NCBI RefSeq assembly: GCF_038025025.1
Contig: NW_027117342.1
Span: forward strand, 1,736,001-1,800,000
Direction of reading: 5' to 3'
Source: Phyllosticta citribraziliensis
Taxonomy: Eukaryota
Length of the DNA stretch: 64,000 bases
Below, in pieces: positions 1 through 10,330 of this stretch (positions are counted from its first letter, which is position 1; each line of letters opens with the position of its first letter). The notes below the pieces were generated by a model, which was given only the letters and a program-made list of their open reading frames with translations, did not search any database and was not told the origin of the DNA. The position numbers were made by a program, and so were the translations under genes.

Positions 1-798
1 TATGAACAGGTGCTAGAGCGCGGCGAGACAACCAACATTGACTGTGGCTTTTTTGACGGCGCGTTTAGCTTCGACGAAGACGACACGCGGCGCCTCGCGT
101 GGCTGCAAGAGGAAGCGGCGCGCAAAGGGCAATGTCTCAAGAGAGTCGGACAACAGCAGCAATCACAAAAAGAAGACATCGATCAAGGGCACACCGAAGC
201 CCAACACCATGAGGATGAGGGCCTGGGGTCCGGGGTCAGGGTCCAGCATGGTCAGGGTCAGGGAACCCAGGGTCAAGGCCAGGGTCAAGCGCAGAGTCTA
301 AAGCAAAACCAAAACCAGAACGACGGGCACGCGGCGTGGACCCAAAATCAACGCCTTTCCCCACTTGGCCAATCGCAGAACCAGCAGAGTCAGCAAAGCG
401 ATCCAAGCCAGCAAAATCAGGACAAGTTGGAAAATTCTCATTGGGACTTTGATCAAAAGCTTCGCGGCGGCCCTCCTGGTGGCAGTGGCAGAGGCGGCAG
501 TACCACCAGCAACCATGCCCACAAAAATGACAACCCCAACGACCAAGACAGCGGCGGCCGCTACCAGCACCACCAGCGTCCGCGTCCGCCGGGATCGATG
601 GAGTCGTCGGACAAGGACATTCTCCAGCAGCAGCAACAGCAGCAGCAGCAGCAAGAAGAAAACAAAAACCAGCAACAGACCGGCCGACAGGCTCAAAAGG
701 CGGCAATGAAGGAACAGCAAGGGCATTTGGAGCCTGGACTCGAAGCCGAGAGCGAGGAGCACGTGGACAGAGGGGGTGTCCGACATGGGTTGGTGTAG
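1..798 (+). CDS. 3' end of an unidentified protein with a long Q/G/N-rich low-complexity tail (5' part outside window)
   Basis: Frame is open from base 1 (YEQVLERGETTNIDCGFFDGAFSFDEDD...) to TAG at 796-798. Contains QG repeats and polyQ (CAG/CAA about 625-654), followed by a T-rich 3'-UTR-like stretch. Confidence 0.75.
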   Translation, partial: YEQVLERGETTNIDCGFFDGAFSFDEDDTRRLAWLQEEAARKGQCLKRVGQQQQSQKEDIDQGHTEAQHHEDEGLGSGVRVQHGQGQGTQGQGQGQAQSLKQNQNQNDGHAAWTQNQRLSPLGQSQNQQSQQSDPSQQNQDKLENSHWDFDQKLRGGPPGGSGRGGSTTSNHAHKNDNPNDQDSGGRYQHHQRPRPPGSMESSDKDILQQQQQQQQQQEENKNQQQTGRQAQKAAMKEQQGHLEPGLEAESEEHVDRGGVRHGLV

Positions 799-1678
799 TC
801 AGCCTGCCCTTTGTGCTTGGATGATAGTTTTCTTTTTCTTTTCTTCTGCCGTTCGCGGCTGTTGTACCAGTTGGACATTTTTTGCTTTGGACTTTTTGTG
901 AGAGTTTAGGCATGTTCCGGACCTTGCATCTGTTGTTGTTGGTCTTTGTTTGGCATTTGCCGTGTTGTTGTTTGTTGGGCCAGTTTTCTTTCCTAAATGA
1001 GTTTTGGGATTGGCATTTTGTGCTTTTTTGGTTTGTTTGGTCGGTTGAGCAGTCAATTGGCTTGATTGTCAATTGATTCGTCCGAGCAGAGCAGGTTGGT
1101 AAGTAAGGAAGCGAGCGAGCGCATGCGTGCATGCATTCGATTCGACAAGCATTTGTAAGAGATAGAGATACCACTTGTTTCTTGTCCCTTGGTTGTGTTA
1201 TCGGGAGGCGGAGAGAGAGGCAGATAGGCAGACAAGCAAGGACGACGCTGTAGCATGAGCAAGCATGTTGTGTAGAATGCAGGTGGGTGGTTAGTGTGAC
1301 GGGCGTGATTTGCGGTGGTTGATCTGTTGACGTGATGTGCGTTCTTTTGTTGATAGCGCGGAACCATTACAGCTATTTTTGCTCATGTCTTTGCAAAGGG
1401 ATGGTATGATGGGACCACGCCCGCCCATCGTGGACACTGCTTGTCCACTCCCTTCCTCGCATAGATCCAAGTATCATGGGCGTCGACACGACACAGCATG
1501 TCCTACGGGACAATCCAACTGACAGGCTAGATGGCAGCTGGGTGACTAGGTGACTGAATTGCTTGCTGGCTTTGAAATGCGAGACCCATCCTGGAGGTAC
1601 CTACACGACTTCTACCTCTATGCTTCCTCTCCTCCCCCGTCTTCTCTCTCTTTCCTGCCACGCACGCCATCGCATCCA

Positions 1679-3799
1679 TCACTTAGTTCCCCCAGCTCCA
1701 CCAGCACCGCCAGCACCACCAGACCCTCCGCCCGCACTGTTCAACCACGCAAAAGCCGACGCGCCACCGACCGGATTTTGATTTTGTTTGGCGAGACCAC
1801 CAGCGGGTTTGCCGCTGCCCGCCGACGCGTCCTTCGCAGTGCCACCACCACCACCACCGCCCTTGACAACATCGGACACGGAAATGGCGCGCTTGGGACC
1901 ACTGCTGCCGCTGCTGCTGCTGCCGCCGGGCTGCTCGCCGCCGTCTCTGGCTTGACCAGTTGCCCATCCAGCTGCAGCGCCTCCTCCTCCCGCCGCCGAC
2001 GACACGCTGGTGACGCGCCTGCGGCCCTCGTCGAAGAAGCGCGAGGACGACGCCGACGCGCCGCCTCCGCCCGTCGTCGTTGGCGTTGAAGTTGCGCTCA
2101 GCGGGCCGCCTGCTCCAGAGGCTACGGACGGGTTACGTGATTGCGTGCGGATCGGCTTGAGCACCTTTATGCCCGTGTCGCGGCGCTGGTAGGTGTTGCT
2201 GCTGCTGTTGGTGCCAGTACTGCCACCGGCGGCGCCCTGTTGACTGTTTCTTCCTAGGCTGGCCCAGTCGGCTGCTGTTGTTGGCGCTGTCGAGTCCGAT
2301 TTCTCCGACTCAATGCGCCGCCAGTTGCCCCAGATGGCAGAGGATGACGAATTGGAACGCGATACTTGGGACGGAGCCGTGGCGTGGTCAGAGTCGCTGT
2401 GCGCATCTTTGGTTTGATCCAGGCGGTGAGCTGCGGACGATCCAGGTGCATTGCGCTCCATACTGCGACGATCCGGAGTAGTGACAGGGTCGTCCTCAGA
2501 AAAGGCAACGGTGGCGTGACGGCCGTTTGGGTGCGCTGTTGGGGCTGGAGACGCTTGCTTGAGGCCTTCGAGAGTCATTGGAGACCTCTTGCCCTCAGAT
2601 CGACCAGACGATCCTGGAGCCGCATCAAAATCTTGTGGAAACGCTGCCCGGTGCTCGTGCGTAGATGTTTGCAGCGATTTGAATGTGGACTCGTCTTCTG
2701 GGCGGACGAGAGGAACGGAAAGCTTGTTCCTCTCATCGTCAAAGAGTACCATGCTATTAGACGAGAATAAAATGTCGGCGCTGTGGTGTCGCAACAAGTC
2801 GCTCCCAAGTACAACTTTGATTGCCTTGGAGTCGACACCATCACTCTCCACAACCCGAAAGTCGACCTTCAATGATGGCAATTGCGGGGTTGGACTGCTG
2901 GCACGAGACGACGCTGGATATGGAACAGCCTCAGGAAGGTAAAGATCAAGTTTAATCCTGCGGGTGCCCTCGTCGTCACGAAATATTTGGTCCTCGTAAC
3001 CTAGCTTTTCTATGAGCTTCACATCTAAACTTGAAGTATACGACCCAGAGCAGACGGCAGCGTATAGAAGGGAGTCGTGCTTGAAGCTCGTGTTCAGCCA
3101 GCATCGGATGACGGCTGGTACGGAGCCTAGGAAGAAGAGCCCAGGCGCGATCCGAGGAACGTCCAATGTCGAGGCATCCCCGGGAAAGGCTGTGTCGATA
3201 CCCAAGCTGTTGGCTCTTCCAGACGTGGCCGAATGTACTGATGCAGCAGCTGAACTTTGACGCCCGTCGGACTTGTGTGAATAACTCCTCTCGGTCATGG
3301 GATGGCCCCCAAGACTACTTCCAGACCGCGGGATGAGATCCATAGAGACTCTAGAGGCTTGCGACCAATGGCCTTGATTGGCAGATTCGTCGAATCGGAC
3401 GCTGTTCGCCCGAGAAGTCGCGCCCAGGCGCCTGGGCTCTTCCTCCGGATCAAGATGCAGACTGCCGATCAAGTTGCTTGACTGGTCATCGAAGGTTGAA
3501 AACGCATCAGAATTCGGCTGTTGCAAAGGCACTGTAGTCTAGTCAACATGCTGCGGCAGTGAAAGAAGAGAGCGGGAGGCACCTTGCTGTGGTGTCCCAC
3601 CAAGTACGCTCGGGAAGGGAGAGGAAGTGCCCCAAACCGACTTGACCCTAGCATCCTCGTCTTGACGCCTCTCAAGACGAGAAAGACGGTCGGCGTGCTC
3701 CGCCTGCGTCTGCTGCACTCGTAGCATTTCCGAATGGAAGCGCCAAATGTCGTCGCGGGGATTGAAGGAAATGCTCTGCGGATCCATCACAGAGGTCAT
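1679..3799 (-). CDS. Fungal protein with an N-terminal coiled coil, a Ddi1/retropepsin-like domain (catalytic Asp replaced by Cys) and a G/S-rich tail; 2 exons
   Basis: ATG at 3799 (MTSVMDPQ). GT-AG intron 3532-3582 joins ...GGTPQQ-V-PLQQ in frame. Motifs LYAAVCSGSYTSSLD and VVLGSDLLRHH resemble the retropepsin signatures. Confidence 0.85.
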
Positions 3800-4701
3800 C
3801 GATTCACCGGACACAGCGAACCAGAGTTTGGCTCTGTGGACCAACAGTGCGATTGCGCCGGGAGCAATCAGCACTCATAACCAAAGAGCGCAGCAGGCCC
3901 CCTCCACCACTTCCTCCGTCACCAAAGTCCAGGTGGACACGGCGAGCAACTTTCCGCGACTGGCCCCAGTATTATGGTTTCTCTTTGATGATTCAATGGT
4001 CTTGATTATGCCGGCGTCGGACACGACTGGCGAGTGTACGGATTCGGGGCGGAGAAGTCGGAGGGACTTGGTAGCGACACTGGACGCGGGGCTGCGGAGA
4101 GCGGTCGTTGGAGCGACAAGTCTCAGGATAAGGGGGCGTCGGTGAAGGCAACCTAGGTCAATTGTCGAGCACGTCGGAGTCGGGCGCAGCGTGGGATCGA
4201 GCGTGTGAAAAAGGGCGGGAGCCAAGGCGTGGCGAGTCGAGATGGGAGGGTTGAGAGCGAGCGAGGGATGTGAGCAACGAAGCAGGAGCAACACACGAGT
4301 TCGGGACGTAGTTGGATGAGTGGCAGCGGTGGGATATTTCAAAGATGGTATTCGTCGCTAGACTCGGCAGCAGTGACAGCGCGGGCGCAGCGGTGGGTAG
4401 AGAATGAGGTGGAAGAGAGGGTGCGAATGGAAGCGATAAAGTTGGTGGTTGGTTCATAACATGTGCTTCCCCGAGCCAAGGTAGCGGACCGGGAGCCAGC
4501 CAGTGACGGCCCTGACGCCATGACCAGACATCCTGCCCGTACAGCCCACCGCACCTCACTTCGGTCGACCTCAGCCCGCTGCCGGCTTGTTTTCCTCTCT
4601 CGGCCTTTACAAAGCAAATCACAGGAAAATCATGCACCATTCGTGTTGGCATTCGCTGTTCTGACTACCGTGCCTTGGGTTCCGCCATCGAGAGGTTGGC
4701 C

Positions 4702-5832
4702 TTATTTGCTGCACCCACCTTCAAACTTCTTCCAGGCATCACCATCGTTCCAATTAGGAAGCACGGGGGCCAGCTCGTCGGCAATCTGATCTGGGTAGGC
4801 GCAGGCAATCAGACTCTGCAGCTCTTCAACCACAATCTCGTACGCCCTGGGCGACAGGTGCAGGCCTGGAACAACAGTCAACATCCAACAGGCGCAGAGC
4901 AAGACAGCCAAAAATCAACACGCACCGTCGTACATGAGCTCTTCGATGAGGTCATTTCTCGGGACTGATTTGCATCCCGGCAGCGGCTCACCGGCCACCC
5001 AGCCAGCCCTACTCATGAAAATGGTCCAGAGGTCTAGAACTGGGATCCCGAGCTCCTCGCCAACCTTGCGCGCGGCATTGGCGTACGTCTTGGTCTGTTC
5101 GGCCGTGCGCTGGAGACCGTTGTGGCCTTTAGCCTGGTCGGTAGCTTCCATCTTCCACTCGTTGATCGGAGGCGGCGTGATGATGATCAGGCGCGGGTTG
5201 TGCGCCTTGACCACGTCGTGAGTGCAAATCGCCTTGAGATTTTCCACGTACGTTTCCAGAGGAACATGCTGGCCCGTGGAGCCACCCTTGACACAGGCAT
5301 CGTTTGCCCCGAAGAAAACGGTCTGGGATTTCAGCCATGAAACGAGGGCGGATGAGAGCGGGAGCACCAACCATCAGGCGCACTTTGGCATGGTCTGGAG
5401 TCGGCATAAACCTCGGAAGCACCTTGAGGGCCTGTTCGGTGGTATAGCCGCTGCTTTTGGTCAGCCAACTGCAGAGCGGGACCTGAAAGCAAAAGTGTAG
5501 TGCAGGCGGCGGACCTGAAACCCCGATTTACGACATCGAGACGGCGTGCGTATGCTGTGAAGATTTCAGTCTGATTGGCGCACGAGCAGACCCAGGCATG
5601 GCAAGTACCTTTGGCCAGGGCGGCAGCAAAGCCGAAGCCGTCATTGGGCGCAGAGGCCTGGGTGATGGAGTCTGGCGTCCAGGCCAAGGTCAGTTCATCA
5701 AGGGGTTGCAGGCGGGGAAGCATGTCTCGCACCTCCGAAGAGAAGAAACTCGTCGTACAGGGCAGGCTGGGGAGGTCAGTCAGGGATGGCTGGATGGGGA
5801 GCAGCACGCGGATGCGCCTTCGGACTGACCAT
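4702..5832 (-). CDS. IAH1: SGNH/GDSL esterase, isoamyl-acetate-hydrolysing esterase (Iah1)-like; 7 coding exons
   Basis: Exons 5830-5832, 5733-5766, 5609-5671, 5515-5554, 5372-5450, 4926-5322 and 4702-4865, all joined by GT-AG introns. SGNH blocks FGDSIT, NRGFSGY, FFGANDA and DGLH are present. Confidence 0.88.
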
Positions 5833-6380
5833 GGGGCACGAGTAGCTGGCTGGGCGGGGCGCAGGGTCTCGGAGGTGTGGAGGGTGGAGAGGAGAGCGTT
5901 GAGAGGCTCGGACGGCCGTTATCAAGGGCGCCCGTTATGCGGACGAGTCGGCAGAATGCACGGCGACGACCAGACATGACGGAATTTGAAGCTCGAGAGC
6001 ATTTGGCAAATACTGCGGACGGAGCATGGATGATGCCGGGGCTGGGCGACGAAGGCTTTCTGCGAAACAAAGGGCGACGGAGACACAAACACCTCTAAGA
6101 GTGGTTGTGCTAGTTCCCAAAGGAAGGGTGCACGAGGCCGTCCATCGTGCTCGTCTCCACCCCGGTCGGGTCTGTCGCCATCGCGCGTGCCCGTTGCTGC
6201 TCCCCCGTCAGGCAGAGTCATGTCGAAACCCATGCGAAGATCTCACAGCTCACGTTGAAGCTACCCTACCTTACCCTAGCTGTCGCATCTCGACAGCCCA
6301 CTAAATACCGACTACCTCTCGCCCATCCTCCCGGCGCCGCTTGTTCGTCCTGCGACCCTGGGGCCATCCGTCTGTCCACC

Positions 6381-9255
6381 ATGCCCAAATCCGTCTCCTC
6401 CTACTACGAGCACGATCGCTCCGATGACGACCCCGACGACGAGCCTCAATCGCTGCTCGACTCGTCTTACTATCTCGACCGCCAGAGCGCAGGCGGCCGC
6501 ACCGTACCACCCTCGCCGGAGGCAGGCCGCAAGTTCGGGCGTTCCCAGCAGCGGCCCTCGGCCCTTGATCTGCACCACCACCTGCCCAACCGCACCGTCG
6601 ACGAGAGCTCCAGTCTGTTGGGGAATAGGGACAACCTGCGCGCTTATGCGACAACGCCTGCCACCCCGCGCCCCTTTGCGGGACGGCACAATAGCAGCAT
6701 CAGGAAGAACCGTCACACTAGCCGCAGACAGTCCTTTAGCAACCGCCTCGTCGACGCTCTGGGCGCTGAGCGCCGCCGCACTCTCGGTATGTTTGCACTC
6801 CAACACGCACAGCCATGGACCAGCACGACCCAGAATTCGATTTGCTAATGGCCGAGGTAGAGGCCGATTTGATAGAGTCCCGCCAACCTGTACTTCGTGA
6901 CGACCGCGTCTGGTATGACCAATTCACCTCCACAGACTGGGTCCACGACAGCATCGCCGACGCGTACCGAGTCAAGAACCTCCGCAATCGAAAGGACTTG
7001 CGAGGAAGGATACAAGCATGGTTTGATGGCGCTCAAGGATGGGTCCTTGTTGCCATCATTGGAGTCTTGACCGCCATGGCCGCCTATTTTGTCAATGTCA
7101 CCGAGACGGTTCTCTTCGACTACAAAGGCGGATACTGCACCACCCACTGGTACTGGAATAAGAAGAAGTGTTGTCTCGGTGCTACGGGTTGCTCCGAATG
7201 GGAGTCGTGGTCCAACGTGGTCCTGAACAAGAAGATTGACGACATTTGGATAGAATACGGTGCCTTCATTCTCTTCGTCATCGTCTTGGCCATGCTGTCG
7301 AGCTGCCTCACTCTGACCACCAAGACCGTCATCCCCTCGCGCTTCTCCTTGGCCACCCTCGACGAGGACCTGGGCGCCGAATCCCTCACCTCGAGTTCGA
7401 CCAAGTCTGGAAAGAAGGACGAAGGCAGGAAGCGCAGTATTAGCCCCCTGGAGGATACGTCTGAGAAACGGCCACCAATGGTGTACTACTCCGCCGCCGG
7501 CAGTGGTGTTGCCGAGGTCAGGGTCATTTTGAGTGGATTCGTGCTTCACGGCTACCTTGGATTGCGCACTCTTACCATCAAGCTGGTGGCTTTGGTCCTC
7601 AGCGTTGCATCCGGCCTCAGCCTGGGCAAAGAAGGCCCATATGTCCACATTGCCACGTGCATAGGAAACATCGCCTGCCGTTTGTTTGCCAAGTACAACC
7701 ACAACGACGCAAAACGCCGTGAAGTTCTCAGCGCCAGCGCCGCCAGCGGTGTGGCTGTAGCCTTTGGTGCTCCCATAGGCGGCGTCCTTTTCAGTTTGGA
7801 GGAAGTCAGCTACTACTTCCCTCCCAAGACTCTGTTCCGCACATTTTTCTGTTGCATAGCGGCCGCTCTGACTTTGAAATTCCTCAATCCATATGGTACC
7901 GGCAAAATTGTGCTATTCGAGGTGCGCTACCTGACGGACTGGAAATTCTTCGAGCTTGTCGCCTTTGTCTGCGTTGGAGCCCTTGGAGGTCTCTTGGGTG
8001 CGCTTTTCATAAAGGCGTCCAAATTTTGGGCTCAAACTTTTCGGCGCATCCCAATCATCAAGAAGACTCCTCTCCTGGAAGTTTTCCTTGTTGCGCTTTT
8101 GACAGGAGTCGTCAGCTTCTGGAACCGCTACACCAAACTCCCTGTCACCGAATTGTTGTTTGAGCTTGCCAGCCCCTGCGATACGTTTACAGGCAGCGGC
8201 ACTGGGCTGTGTGCGACCAAGGACCGAATTCCTGAAATTATCTGGTACCTCTTCGTCGCCTTTGTCATCAAATCTCTGCTCACGGTCATCACATTTGGCA
8301 TCAAACTTCCTGCTGGCATCTACGTCCCGTCCATGGTGGTCGGAGGTCTGATGGGTCGTATGGTCGGGCATATTGTGCAATACCTGGCTCTGCACTACTC
8401 CTCGACCGGTCTTTTTGGAACCTGCCACATCGAAGACAGTCCCGAATCTTGCGTGGTGCCTGGAGTTTATGCCATGGTCGCTGCAGGCGCCACAATGTGC
8501 GGCGTAACGCGCCTTTCTGTCACCCTAGCCGTCATTCTTTTCGAGTTGACTGGATCTCTTGACCACGTTCTGCCCTTTTCGCTTGGGGTTTTGGTCTCGA
8601 AATGGACGGCAGACGCCATCGAACCCCTCAGCATCTACGACTTGCTTACCAACATGAATGCCTACCCTTTCCTCGACAACAAAATCCGGCCCGTCTTCAC
8701 CTCTGTTTTGGGCGACATTACACCGCGGCCCCGTGAGGAACGTGTGATTGATATCACAAACTCGCCTCTTGTACCAGCTAAGCAGCTGCGCACACAACTG
8801 GGTCACTTGCAGATGGCCGGCGAGCTTGACGGCGGGCTGCCAATTGTGAGGGACGGCATTCTCGTTGGATTGATTCCGGCACCAGATCTGGAATTTGCTT
8901 TGGACAAACTCAATAGCGAAGAGAACTCCTTGTGTCTTATGTCACCCGAGGTGGGCTGGAACGCACGCGAGGACCCTGAGGGCGACAACGACGACGATCC
9001 AACTGACTTCACGCCGCACATTGACCCGGTATGTGGCCACCAACTATTGATCATGAATTGTGTAACATACTAACGCTTCAACAGGCACCCGTGGCTCTCG
9101 AATATCGGTCCCCGATGGACCTCGTTTACGAGTGTTTTGTCAAGCTGGGCCTGCGCTACATTTGTGTTCTCAAAGACGGTCGTTTTGCGGGCCTGGTCCA
9201 CAAGAAGTCGTTCGTGAAATACATGAAAGATGTTGAGGAAGGCCACGCCGACTAG
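6381..9255 (+). CDS. CLC-family chloride/proton exchanger with C-terminal CBS domains; 3 exons
   Basis: ATG at 6381; introns 6787-6860 and 9029-9084. Motifs GSGVAE, GKEGP (gating Glu), LEEV (proton Glu), GIYVP and SIYD are present. Confidence 0.95.
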
Positions 9256-10330
9256 GGCAAAGCCAGCTCAGTCTGAATTGGAATTATCTCGGACTAGCAA
9301 CTTCGAGAGGAGAGCGTGCGAACTCGAGACCTCACTGAAACCCTGCGACAAAAATCATTTAGCATCGTCGGTGGCATGTTGCTGGCCGATGGATCTCTTA
9401 CATGTACCATACTTTTTCATTCGGCTGGTGGTCTTTTCACGACACGGCTGTGTCTTCTCAAGCATTTCCTTTCTTGGTACCCGCTCTTTTTTCCTTTGAT
9501 TTTGTTTCCAACGATGGCCAGCCTCCTGGCTTATCAACTTCACCTCATACGCTCTCCATCTTTTGTTTCGTCTTTCAAACGGTGGTTGTTTTCCAAGCCA
9601 TCATGCTGATTTCTTTGTCTTGGGAGGTGGATAGATCAGTCTTGAGCAGTCAAGCTCCTGACTGAAACGTTCTCGTCAAGGGATCACTCCGCGTGAGAAT
9701 GTTGGTGTGTACAGTCTAGACTTCGACTGAAGATTCCTCTCGGGGGGTGAAATGGCCTGAAAGGTCCAGTTCGGCGGGCAGAGCGTTTTGTGGATATGCT
9801 GGCTGGTGAGAGAGACGGCAGGCGACTGAGATTCAAGAAGGATGGAATTGATGAAGATTGAGATGAAACGGCGACGGCTGAATGGCGATCACATGTGTAC
9901 GCTTTACTCGATGACTGACGGCCTTTGCTGTACCTATGCGAGAGCGTAGCGCGAAGCAGACCTAGCGCAAGAGCGTGATGGCGATGAAAAAAAGGCAGGT
10001 AGGTTGTAGGATTGGAAATCTACTTTTTCATCGCAGGGATCCAGCCGACTTCAGGTTGTCTGCTTCTGCTTTGCATTTTGCACTGCCGATATTGCGCACA
10101 ACTTGACCACAGCTCACTGATCTGGACTTGGAAGTCACGACTGCCCCCGGGCCAAATCTTCCAACCCGTTCATTCCAACTCACCCACTCTGCATCTCTCT
10201 GGATCACCATTGCTTGTTGAATAATACACTGTCTCTCCGCCCATTCTTCTTCTCACATACTATCGCTAAAGCATCAGTGAGTTGACACTGCCAGACGGGC
10301 TCTCTGACGAGCGATACTGACAGGACAGCG

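Noticed and set aside
6147..6380. In-frame upstream extension of the CLC gene
   Set aside because: Out-of-frame ATGs lie near 6220 and 6232, and ATG 6381 has strong ACCATG context.
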